Below the pieces are notes generated by a model. It saw only the letters and a list, made by a program, of their open reading frames with translations. It was not told where the DNA came from and did not search any database. The position numbers and the translations under genes are program-made. A DNA stretch of 39,805 bases from Fibrobacter sp. (GTDB lineage Bacteria > Fibrobacterota > Fibrobacteria > Fibrobacterales > Fibrobacteraceae), in assembly GCA_012841225.1 (NCBI GenBank), contig DUVD01000059.1:1-39805 (forward strand), in the 5' to 3' direction. This document shows positions 25,888-34,440 of the stretch, piece by piece; position 1 is the first letter of the stretch, and each line of letters starts with the position of its first letter.

Positions 25888-26763
25888 TTAGTATTTTAAA
25901 AATTTTTGCGGGATAAAAAGTTTAGGGACTCGACGCCAAAAAACCCAAGATGGAGAAGCCAGTTTAAAAAACATCTTTAAGGCTTCTTTTTTATCGCTGC
26001 CGGCAAGTCTAGAGAACCAATTTGACTTCCAATGCCGCCTTGCCTTCTCATAAAGTGGGTGATCTCGATATAGCTTTATTATTTCTAAAAAGGCGCTATA
26101 CATTTTTTGGTGATCCAAGTGCATGTTTTTGCCATGCACACGGTAATAGCAAAAAACTTCTTTTAATACGGGTAAAGAACCGTGTTCATGAGAAAGCTTT
26201 AGCCATAAAGGATAGTCTTCAAAATTAAAACGCTCGTCATAGCCACCTATACTAAGATGCATCTCCCGGCGAATCATTTCGGTGCAACCGTGCAAGCCTT
26301 TTTGCCCTAAAAAAAGCTCCTCGAAAGAAACACTTGGCATGCCTTTTAAAAAACGCACATCAACGCTAGATTCTTTATTCCCCTTACTATCAATTTGTAT
26401 TACTTGGCCAAAACACACCGGTACTTTAGGGTGTTCTTCCATAAAGGTGGATTGAAGAAGAAGCCTCCCAGCGGGCATCACATCATCGCTAGCAAACGAA
26501 CAGAGGTACTTACCACGAGCATGGGAGACTAAGTCATTCATGGTAGGTACAAACCCTTTGTTAGGCCTAACAATAAGGGTGAATTTAAAGGATTCTGAAA
26601 GTGATTTTAAAATGGACGGGCTTTGATCTGGGCTACCGTCGTCGATGACGATCAATTCGAAAGAAACACCCTGTTGAGACATGATGGAACGAACAGCGGC
26701 TTCAACATAGGCTTCATGATTATAACTCGCAAGCAATACAGAAACTAATGGTACTTCTTCCAT
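25888..26763 (-). CDS. Family 2 glycosyltransferase
   Basis: VSVLLASYNHEAYVEAAVRS and IVIDDGSPDQS motifs. I prefer the ATG at 26763 (MEEVPLVSV), which overlaps the flippase stop by 19 nt. The track N-terminal extension (to 26877) lies inside the flippase gene. Confidence 0.8.
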   Translation of the reverse strand: MEEVPLVSVLLASYNHEAYVEAAVRSIMSQQGVSFELIVIDDGSPDQSPSILKSLSESFKFTLIVRPNKGFVPTMNDLVSHARGKYLCSFASDDVMPAGRLLLQSTFMEEHPKVPVCFGQVIQIDSKGNKESSVDVRFLKGMPSVSFEELFLGQKGLHGCTEMIRREMHLSIGGYDERFNFEDYPLWLKLSHEHGSLPVLKEVFCYYRVHGKNMHLDHQKMYSAFLEIIKLYRDHPLYEKARRHWKSNWFSRLAGSDKKEALKMFFKLASPSWVFWRRVPKLFIPQKFLKY

Positions 26764-28019
26764 AAAAAGTGGTTCCTCATCGTAATGAAAAGAATTAATG
26801 TAAAAGAAACAGCGTTTTCTATTGCGTAAGCCCAAAATGGAGCCGAAATGCCAACAAAGGATATTCCAATATAACAAAGCGCTAAAAATAAACCTTGTGA
26901 AAATATTTCTAGAGCAAGAAAAGTCTTAGCCGCTTGCTTAACGATTAAGCCAAGCCCCAAACACCAGGAGCCACAGCGAAAGAAATCGCCGACCCACTGG
27001 ATTGGTAATTTATTTTCGATGCTAATAAACTTTTCAGATAAAACGAACTGCACAATAGGCTCCCTAACGGCAATCATTAAAGCAATCAAACCAAATGCGA
27101 TTAAAAGAACAAACCCTAAACCAGACCAAAGTGTTTTAAAGAAAGCAGTCTCGTTTTTAAATTTCGATAGTTTTGGCAGCAATAAAACACCTAAAACAGA
27201 AGAGAAAATCACACTAAAAAAATCAGAAATTCGAAATGCCCCTTGCCACAAGCCGGCAGCATGCCAACCCAAGGACTCTCCTAAAATGGAACGAGTGCTC
27301 GTCAATATGATAGGCGATAAGATCATTGGTATAATGCCCATCCAAGCAAATTTTTTCCACTCGAGAAAACCCACAGAGTGCACACGAAGCACTTGCCAAT
27401 GGAGTTTTTTATTGGTAAATAAAAATAAAGAGGCGATGAGCGCAAGAATGGACTGGGTAGATAACGCAATAAAAACAAATTCACTTTTCCACAAGACAAA
27501 GGCAATGACCCAAAACCCTTGAACTACGCTCGCCACCATAGAAATGGCCGCCCATAATTTAAATGCCGAAAAACCGTTTGCCACCGATTGAGCAATTGAA
27601 ATAAAGACCATCGAAATCATACCTGGAATTGCCAGAAGCAAAGCAATTCTAAGCATTACCGGAGCGACAGTAGGAAATAAAAATTCAAAAATGCCTGTAA
27701 AAGAAGCCACCAAAAGGAGGAGCGCAACTACCAGCATTCCCACCGCAGAAAGAACCAGGCCAGACCGCCACAGCCCTAAACGTTGATCTTCATTTTCTTT
27801 ATATTGAGCAGTGAGACTCACCCATCCGTTTTGAAGTGCTAAAGAGCCTCCAGCATGAGCGGCCATCATCAAATTTTGAAACTGAGCGACCATTGCAAAA
27901 CTCGCCGGGCCAAGGGCAACAGCTAGAATTTTATTAGTGAAAAAAGACATTAAGATGCGAACCAAAGCAGTGGCACTCGAAAGAAAAGACTGCTTTAGCA
28001 GAATAGAGGAAACTCTCAT
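26745..28019 (-). CDS. wzx: Wzx-type (MOP superfamily) glycan flippase, WzxE-like
   Basis: About 12 hydrophobic segments. GLWQGAFRISDFFSVIFSSVLGVLLLPKLSKF closely parallels E. coli WzxE GIWQGVSSISDAYLQFITASFSVYLLPTLSRL (recalled sequence). Confidence 0.75.
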   Translation of the reverse strand: MRVSSILLKQSFLSSATALVRILMSFFTNKILAVALGPASFAMVAQFQNLMMAAHAGGSLALQNGWVSLTAQYKENEDQRLGLWRSGLVLSAVGMLVVALLLLVASFTGIFEFLFPTVAPVMLRIALLLAIPGMISMVFISIAQSVANGFSAFKLWAAISMVASVVQGFWVIAFVLWKSEFVFIALSTQSILALIASLFLFTNKKLHWQVLRVHSVGFLEWKKFAWMGIIPMILSPIILTSTRSILGESLGWHAAGLWQGAFRISDFFSVIFSSVLGVLLLPKLSKFKNETAFFKTLWSGLGFVLLIAFGLIALMIAVREPIVQFVLSEKFISIENKLPIQWVGDFFRCGSWCLGLGLIVKQAAKTFLALEIFSQGLFLALCYIGISFVGISAPFWAYAIENAVSFTLILFITMRNHFLWKKYH

Positions 28020-28202
28020 GGCTAATTATTCCAAAAGGCTTTTGCCGTAATCCAACCTATACGCACGTTTTTCCCAAATGAAATAACACCCTTCCCCTGC
28101 GCTAGCAAAGGAGCTGCTTTAATCGGTTTCCCCTTGACCGATGCGTTGGATAAAAAGGAGTAATGCCTGCGCCTTAAAGCCGCGTATAAATGCCTGACTA
28201 TT

Positions 28203-29309
28203 TTAGTTCGCAAATCGATTGACTCCTTCTATCACTTCTGTTACTTCTGCTTCAGTTAGCATCGAATTTAAGGGAATGCTCAGAACAGTAGCGGCGATTC
28301 CTTCAGTAATGGGCAAAGTCTCATACACTAGTCCGTTTTTATAAGCCTCTTGTTGATGAGGTGCTTTGGGATAATAAATCAAGGTCTCTATACCCAAGCA
28401 TTGTAAATGTTTCTGTAAAGCTTCTCTTTGTTCTGTGCGAAGTACAAAGGCATGCCAGACATGCTCTTCGGGGTTACTTAACTGTGGCAGGCGAACCAAC
28501 GGGTTCACTATTTCTTTTAAATAACGCATGGCTATTTCACGCCGCCTTGCGTTTTGCTTATCGAGGTAAGGTAATTTAACAGAGAGGAATGCCGCTTGTA
28601 ATTCATCTAAACGAGAGTTAACTCCCTTATAAATATTGACGTATTTTATTTGCGAACCATAATTGCTTAGCGTTCGAATCGCTTCAGCTAAAGAGGCATC
28701 TTTTGTAGTTACAGCACCGCCGTCCCCTAAAGCACCTAGGTTTTTAGTGGGGTAAAAACTAAAGGCGGCCGCGTCCCCTAAGGACCCAGCTCGATCGCCT
28801 TCGTAAATAGCGCCGTGAGCTTGAGCAGCATCTTCGATGACGAGCAAGTCGTACGCTTTTGCAAATAAAAGAATAGCGTCCATATTAGCCACGCGACCAT
28901 AAAGGTGAACGGGTAGAATGGCACGCGTTTTAGAGGTAAGGGCTTGCTCTAAAAGAAGAGGATTTAAATTGAATGACTCTTCATCTGGCTCTACTAATAC
29001 GGGGATTAAACCCGTCTCTGAAACAGCTAGAATGCTCGCGATGTAGGTGTTTGCTGGCACAAGTACCTCATCACCTGCTTTCAAAATCCCGAGTTCTAGG
29101 TAAGCTTTAAAAATCAAGGTCAATGCGTCTAAGCCATTTCCAACCCCAATGCAATGAGGCACACCACAAAATAAAGCAAAAGCGGACTCAAACTCTGCAG
29201 AAGCACGACCTCGGATATACCAACCTGAGTCAATAATTTTTTTTGCCGCTAAAGAAAGCGCAGGTTCAAAAAATGCATTAATTTGTTGTAAGTCTAAAAA
29301 TTTAATCAT
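28203..29309 (-). CDS. DegT/DnrJ/EryC1-family PLP sugar aminotransferase, FdtB/QdtB-like (dTDP-3-keto-6-deoxyhexose 3-aminotransferase)
   Basis: [11 protein letters not shown] start, [30 protein letters not shown] (PLP lysine) and [10 protein letters not shown]. The ATG at 29309 is preceded by GGGGAG. The track start is a GTG three codons upstream. Confidence 0.85.
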   Translation of the reverse strand: MIKFLDLQQINAFFEPALSLAAKKIIDSGWYIRGRASAEFESAFALFCGVPHCIGVGNGLDALTLIFKAYLELGILKAGDEVLVPANTYIASILAVSETGLIPVLVEPDEESFNLNPLLLEQALTSKTRAILPVHLYGRVANMDAILLFAKAYDLLVIEDAAQAHGAIYEGDRAGSLGDAAAFSFYPTKNLGALGDGGAVTTKDASLAEAIRTLSNYGSQIKYVNIYKGVNSRLDELQAAFLSVKLPYLDKQNARRREIAMRYLKEIVNPLVRLPQLSNPEEHVWHAFVLRTEQREALQKHLQCLGIETLIYYPKAPHQQEAYKNGLVYETLPITEGIAATVLSIPLNSMLTEAEVTEVIEGVNRFAN

Positions 29310-29310
29310 A

Positions 29311-30243
29311 TTACTCACTCCCCTGCATTGAAAAGTGATACTTCAAGTCGGCAAAAGAACCAATGGTCTCTTTAAAATGACAAAGCCCTATATTGGCTAT
29401 CCCTTCTTGTGAGGAAGGCCCTATATCTAAATAAGCAAAGCCCGCTTGCTTGTAAAAATGAAATAATTCACAAGCTAATAAATTGACTGGGCGATAAGCT
29501 GAAAATCCAGGGGGATCTCCCCAATAAATCATCTGCGCTATTTTAGGAGTGACTTGAAGGACAACAGCGCCTGCCACCGGTTTTCCCTCCATGTGGAGTA
29601 CAAAATACTGACCGGGTATGTTTTGCATTGTACTTTCTAAATCGCTAAAACTCATTTTTAAAGGATATCCCTTAGATTCTTTGTTTTGTTTAATTAAATC
29701 ATAAGCGATTTGTTTCTTTTCTTGGCTTGTGGCGACTTCAAAAACATAAGTAAAGGTCTTTGCTTTCTTTAAATTCCTGCGCCCTTCCCTTTGAAGTACC
29801 GAAGTATAGTCAGCTGTGCCCTGTAAATCAAAAGCGTAATTAATGTCGGCATAGGTAGGGGCAGAAAAACGCAATAATGAAAAGACGAGTCTGGAATAGA
29901 AGGCCTTGTCGTAAAAAAGTGGAGGTAGGGTTATCTCAAAGCGCATGCCTTTGGAAAAAGCATAGTTCAAGAGGCAATCGAGGGCGCTCTCTATCACTTC
30001 AATGCGAACTTCTGCATTTATAAAGGTAATTCCACCAAAAGGGGCCGAAAAGGGGGACCGCCAAACACCATTGCTTTCACCTACAATAATCCCAGCAATC
30101 GACTTTGCCTCTTTTAAATGCAAAAAATGCAACCGATCGACTTTGCCTGCATTTAGTTCATTAAAGGCAACCGATTGGTAAGCAATACAGGGTTCAGAAA
30201 AAAGAACATTGTATTCAGAGGCGTTTACAGGTAAGCATTCCAT
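29311..30243 (-). CDS. FemAB / Acetyltransf_6 (GNAT-fold)-like acyltransferase; candidate N-acyl or aminoacyl transferase for the amino sugar
   Basis: 310 aa in two halves. The C-terminal segment [41 protein letters not shown] resembles the Fem/CelD-BcsL-type pattern. The call also rests on its position between the isomerase and aminotransferase genes. The family call is tentative. Confidence 0.45.
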   Translation of the reverse strand: MECLPVNASEYNVLFSEPCIAYQSVAFNELNAGKVDRLHFLHLKEAKSIAGIIVGESNGVWRSPFSAPFGGITFINAEVRIEVIESALDCLLNYAFSKGMRFEITLPPLFYDKAFYSRLVFSLLRFSAPTYADINYAFDLQGTADYTSVLQREGRRNLKKAKTFTYVFEVATSQEKKQIAYDLIKQNKESKGYPLKMSFSDLESTMQNIPGQYFVLHMEGKPVAGAVVLQVTPKIAQMIYWGDPPGFSAYRPVNLLACELFHFYKQAGFAYLDIGPSSQEGIANIGLCHFKETIGSFADLKYHFSMQGSE

Positions 30244-30245
30244 TT

Positions 30246-30662
30246 TCAGACTTTTTTTAATTTTAAAAACTGCATGTAATCACGGCAATAATCCGCTTCT
30301 TCAAAAAGATGAGAGGTCAATACAAGGCAAATAGATCCTGAGGAAAAGGAGATTTCTTCGGCCCAAATTCCAGGAGGAATATGCAGTGCAAAATAGGGGC
30401 GATCTAAACGGTAAATTTTTTTAGAAATACCATCGTCTATTTTAACATCAAAAGCGCCACTCGCCGCCACGAGGACTTGATGACATTCATAGTGAGCGTG
30501 CCCACCGCGAGACTCACCGCCAGGAATATCGTAAAGGTAAAAAACTCGAGCAATTTCAAAAGGAAGATGCCTTCCCGATTCGATAGCAGTTAAACTACCC
30601 GAACGCTCGCTATGGCGTGGGAGTGTTAGTAACGCGCAATCTTCTATCTTCATCTTATTCAT
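30246..30662 (-). CDS. dTDP-4-keto-6-deoxyglucose 3,4-ketoisomerase, FdtA/QdtA/WxcM-like cupin
   Basis: 138 aa. SERSGSLTAIE ... FEIARVFYLYDIPGGESRGGHAHYE contains the RGxHAH motif (H55 at 30498-30500 and H57 at 30492-30494, verified in the DNA). ATGA overlap with the upstream paralogue. Confidence 0.8.
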   Translation of the reverse strand: MNKMKIEDCALLTLPRHSERSGSLTAIESGRHLPFEIARVFYLYDIPGGESRGGHAHYECHQVLVAASGAFDVKIDDGISKKIYRLDRPYFALHIPPGIWAEEISFSSGSICLVLTSHLFEEADYCRDYMQFLKLKKV

Positions 30663-31078
30663 TTTTGTTTTACTCTTAAAAAATCTTCAAAATCCCAAAC
30701 ATAATCTTCTTCGTCATAAAAATGAGACGACAAGACTAAGGCTAACGAGTTAGTCGAAAAGTTATCTAACTGCCGCCAACTTAAAGGGGGTAAGTATAAG
30801 CCGTAATAAGAGCGAGACAAAGAAAATCTTTTTTCAGTCACTCCATCGTGAATCACAGCATCAAAACTGCCAGAAAGGGCGATTATTAATTCATGCTGCT
30901 CCTTAAAAGCGTGACTACCACGGAATTCCCCACCAGGAACATCGTAAATCCAATAACAGCGCTTTATTTTAAAAGGCACGTGTACTTGAGACTCCAAAAA
31001 GCTCAAGTTACCCCTTTCATCTAAGATTTTGGGGAGCTCTAGAATCTGCGGGATCGAAGCGATAGAAGGCATTGGCAT
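30659..31078 (-). CDS. Second FdtA-like cupin, with H-A-F in place of H-A-H
   Basis: DERGNLSFLES ... FKIKRCYWIYDVPGGEFRGSHAFKE. Codons CAC-GCT-TTT at 30913-30905 were verified. I prefer the ATG at 31078 or 31072. The track start at 31195 would overlap the divergent metX ORF. Confidence 0.7.
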   Translation of the reverse strand: MPMPSIASIPQILELPKILDERGNLSFLESQVHVPFKIKRCYWIYDVPGGEFRGSHAFKEQHELIIALSGSFDAVIHDGVTEKRFSLSRSYYGLYLPPLSWRQLDNFSTNSLALVLSSHFYDEEDYVWDFEDFLRVKQK

Positions 31079-31141
31079 GTAATTCAAAATAGCAAAAAGA
31101 GTTTCAAAAAAAATCTTCGGCACTGTTTTCTTTCTATATTT

Positions 31142-32935
31142 ATGCATATGAGCGAATTTTTGCATAAAGGCAGCCTCGGCCCAATTACTCCCCAAGACAT
31201 GAAAATAGAATTGGGACCAGAAGGCTTTATACTCGAAAGCGGAGATCGATTAAAAGAACTATCGATTCGATACGAGACTTATGGTGAATTAAACAAGCAA
31301 GGCAACAACGTAGTATGGATTTGCAGTCCTTTAACTGCAGATGCGCATGTCGCTGGATTTTATAAGCCAGACGATAAAAAAGTGGGTTGGTGGGATGCCT
31401 TAATTGGAAAAGGTAAACCCATTGATACCGACCATTTTTTTGTCGTTTGCAGTAATATTCTAGGTGGCTGTAAAGGGACAACAGGTCCTGCCGATATTAA
31501 TCCCGAGACCAGAAAACCTTATGGGTCTTCTTTTCCAAACATCACTATCGGCGATATGGTGGAAGCTCAAAAAAAACTTGCCGATGGGCTAGGCGTTCAA
31601 AAACTCTATTGCGTGATTGGTGGTTCGATGGGCGGATTTCAAGCCATGAAGTGGTCTATATACTACCCAGACTTTGTCGATCGTTGCATTATCATAGCTT
31701 CTTCCCCACGCTTTTCAAGTCAAGCTTTAGGCTTTGAAATCGTCGCCAGAGATGCCATTAAGCAAGACCCTAATTTTAATGGTGGCGACTATTACGACAA
31801 AGAAATTCCTGCCGTTGGCCTTTCCAACGCCCGTAAAATTGGTCACCTTACGTACCTCTCTGCTATTAGCATGGAGCATAAGTTCACGCGAAAGGCATGC
31901 AAAGACGCCAACCCCAAAGAATTTCTTATGGGGTTTCCTCTAGAAAGCTATCTCGCTTACCAAGCCTCTCGTTTTGTGGAACGCTTTGACGCGAATAGCT
32001 ATCTTCACATTACTTATGCTACAGACTCGTTTGATCTCGAAACGGAATACGGGACTCTTGAAAACGCCTTTGCCAATGTAAAAGCTGAGTTTCTAAACGT
32101 CAACCTGAGCACTGACTGGCTTTTCCCTCCCCATGAGTCCATAAAAATCACAAATGCCTTGGTCAACTCTCATAAAGCAGTGACTAGCTTAGAGCTCGAC
32201 ACCTTGTTTGGTCACGACGGTTTTTTACTTGAAGTCGGCGATCTCGGCAAAGCCATATCATCCTTTATTTCTCCAGATCGTTGCCCAGAAGAGAGCGCTG
32301 GTACACAAGCCATTCCAGTATTTCACGCTAAAAAAGATTTTGACCTCTTAGAAAAGACGATTCCAGAAAACTCGCGCATTTTAGATTTGGGCTGTGGCGA
32401 TGGCGATTTAATAGACCAACTCAGGGCACGGAAAAAAGTAAAAGGCCTTGGAGTCGAAAAGGATTTCAACAGTATTTTAAGCTGCTTGAGAAAAACAGTA
32501 CCCGTGATTCAAAAAGACTTGGACGATGGGGGCTTAAGAGATTTTAAGGACAATAGTTTTGACTTTGCCGTTTTAAACCGCACTTTACAAGAAGTAAAAA
32601 GCCCTTTAGATTTATTACACGAGATTCTACGAGTTGCTGATAAAGCCGTTATTACATTTCCCAACTTTGGCCACTGGTCTGTACGCGCTGCTCTTTGGCG
32701 CTATGGTAGAATGCCTAAGTCGAGAGAACTGCCCTACGAATGGTATAATACACCAAACATTCATTTATTTACTCTACAAGACTTTATTCGCATGTGCGAA
32801 TCTCAAAACCTCATTATTGAAAAGTTATTTATCGATAACGATAAGCCTTTCAGCAAATTCCTGACCTCCATTGGTCGAACTAATTTGGGCGCAGAGCGCG
32901 TGGTCGCTCTCGTCTCAGAAAAAAAACAATCTTGA
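31142..32935 (+). CDS. metX: Fused homoserine O-acetyltransferase (MetX) and MetW
   Basis: The N-terminal alpha/beta-hydrolase part has IRYETYGELN and GGSMGG. The C-terminal roughly 200 aa (from about 32325) match MetW (RILDLGCGDGDL, ITFPNFGHW, YEWYNTPNIHLFT). The start is uncertain: ATG at 31142, 31148 or 31199. Confidence 0.9.
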   Translation: MHMSEFLHKGSLGPITPQDMKIELGPEGFILESGDRLKELSIRYETYGELNKQGNNVVWICSPLTADAHVAGFYKPDDKKVGWWDALIGKGKPIDTDHFFVVCSNILGGCKGTTGPADINPETRKPYGSSFPNITIGDMVEAQKKLADGLGVQKLYCVIGGSMGGFQAMKWSIYYPDFVDRCIIIASSPRFSSQALGFEIVARDAIKQDPNFNGGDYYDKEIPAVGLSNARKIGHLTYLSAISMEHKFTRKACKDANPKEFLMGFPLESYLAYQASRFVERFDANSYLHITYATDSFDLETEYGTLENAFANVKAEFLNVNLSTDWLFPPHESIKITNALVNSHKAVTSLELDTLFGHDGFLLEVGDLGKAISSFISPDRCPEESAGTQAIPVFHAKKDFDLLEKTIPENSRILDLGCGDGDLIDQLRARKKVKGLGVEKDFNSILSCLRKTVPVIQKDLDDGGLRDFKDNSFDFAVLNRTLQEVKSPLDLLHEILRVADKAVITFPNFGHWSVRAALWRYGRMPKSRELPYEWYNTPNIHLFTLQDFIRMCESQNLIIEKLFIDNDKPFSKFLTSIGRTNLGAERVVALVSEKKQS

Positions 32936-32955
32936 CTAAAAGGTAGATTAGAATA

Positions 32956-33837
32956 ATGTCAGTTACTTCAATGACCGGTTACGGAAAAACAGAATCCATT
33001 TTTAATGGAAAGACTATTGTTATAGAACTACGCTCAGTGAACAATCGTTTTTTAGACATTTCAACAAAAATGCCAAAAAACTTGAGCCACTTCGAAACTA
33101 ATCTTCGTCAAAAAATAAAGAATAAAGTTTCACGCGGATCGATTTTTTTAAGCATTAACATGGGTTCTACAGAATCCGAAAGCATTCCCACATCTTACAA
33201 CGAAGCAGCTGTCGAGGCTGTTTTAAAAATCGCTGACGATATTAAAAACAAATACAAAGTCGAAGGAAACCTTCGTTTGGAACATCTTCTTTCTTTGCCC
33301 GATATCATTCAATATAACGATTCATCTTACGACGAGGAGGCCTTAGAAAGCCATCTTTTTGAATCTTTAGATAAAGCTCTAGATCAACTGATTGAAATGC
33401 GTCAACGAGAAGGGACAAACCTTTCTGTGGACCTTGAAAAAAGAATATCTTCTATAGAGAGCTTATTAAATGAAATAGAAAGGCTCGAACCCACACGCAT
33501 CTGTGATTGGAAAGAAAAATTTCAAGAGCGCTTAAAACCGCTTATGCATAATTTAGAACTCGATCCTATTAGGTTAATTCAAGAAGCAAGCGTTGTTGCC
33601 GACCGTTTAGACATTACTGAAGAGCTTATCCGATTCAGAAGCCACAATCAATTATTTATCAATGGTCTTAGAGCAAGTGGCTCTCAAGGTAAAAAACTAG
33701 GCTTTATTTTACAAGAAATGAGCAGGGAGGCGAATACACTAGGCACTAAATGCCAATGTGCAGAAATCACTACTCTCGCTATTCAACTAAAAGATGAAGT
33801 CGAAACGATCCGCGAGCAAGTCATGAACATTGAATGA
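32956..33837 (+). CDS. yicC: YicC-family stress-induced protein
   Basis: MTGYGK N-terminus and C-terminal REANTLGTK motif, 293 aa. Confidence 0.85.
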   Translation: MSVTSMTGYGKTESIFNGKTIVIELRSVNNRFLDISTKMPKNLSHFETNLRQKIKNKVSRGSIFLSINMGSTESESIPTSYNEAAVEAVLKIADDIKNKYKVEGNLRLEHLLSLPDIIQYNDSSYDEEALESHLFESLDKALDQLIEMRQREGTNLSVDLEKRISSIESLLNEIERLEPTRICDWKEKFQERLKPLMHNLELDPIRLIQEASVVADRLDITEELIRFRSHNQLFINGLRASGSQGKKLGFILQEMSREANTLGTKCQCAEITTLAIQLKDEVETIREQVMNIE

Positions 33838-34326
33838 TTAGGGACGCTCCCAAATCTCGAAGGACATCGAGTAAATATTCTTTTCATCTGCTTCTATTTT
33901 TGTTTCGCTCTGAAGGACCCAACCATCTCCTATGCTTGGCATAAAAACATCGCCTTTAACTGTTGCGAGTACTCGGGTTAAGTAAAGCTTTTTACAATTG
34001 GGAAGCGCTTCTTTATACACAGCAGCGCCACCAACAATAAAACACTCCGATTCATGGGCGTCTCTAGCGAATAGTAATGCCTCTTCTAAAGAATGAGCGA
34101 TCACACAGCCGGGCGCTTCAAACAAAGAATCTCGCGTTAGCACGATATTCACGCGATTGGGTAAAGGCTTTGCAATATCCTCATAGTTTTTGCGGCCTAA
34201 AATAATATGATGACCCGTAGTAATCGATTTGAAATACTTGAGGTCGGCTGGCAAGCGCCAAGGTAAATGCCCTGCAAGGCCAATAACATTATTTTCTGAG
34301 ACAGCAACAATAGCGGATATCAACAT
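33838..34326 (-). CDS. folA: Dihydrofolate reductase
   Basis: ISAIVAVSENNVIGLAGHLPWRLPADLKYFKSITTGHHIILGRKNYE, 162 aa. Confidence 0.9.
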   Translation of the reverse strand: MLISAIVAVSENNVIGLAGHLPWRLPADLKYFKSITTGHHIILGRKNYEDIAKPLPNRVNIVLTRDSLFEAPGCVIAHSLEEALLFARDAHESECFIVGGAAVYKEALPNCKKLYLTRVLATVKGDVFMPSIGDGWVLQSETKIEADEKNIYSMSFEIWERP

Positions 34327-34440
34327 GTGCTTTAATATAGCAAGTTACTTGTCAGCAGGCTTCTTTTTCACTACTTTTAAGGTGAACTTTTGGTTTTTTT
34401 TCAAAATCAAAGACAAACAACAGTTTATATGGAGATAAAA

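Noticed and set aside
31079-31198. Possible SAM riboswitch or leader upstream of metX, including the TATGCA...TGCATA hairpin at 31141-31166.
   Set aside because: The available non-coding space is only 60-120 nt, depending on start choice, and I could not recognise SAM-I, SAM-II or SAM-V conserved cores. An Rfam/Infernal scan would settle it. I make no claim.
34327-34440. Heat-shock regulatory elements upstream of htpG: a sigma32 promoter or a CIRCE operator.
   Set aside because: There is no TTAGCACTC-N9-GAGTGCTAA element. The best sigma32-like candidate (CTTGTCA-N14-CACTACTT) lacks the CCCCAT core. The CAAGTTACTTG palindrome at 34341-34351 is too short to interpret.
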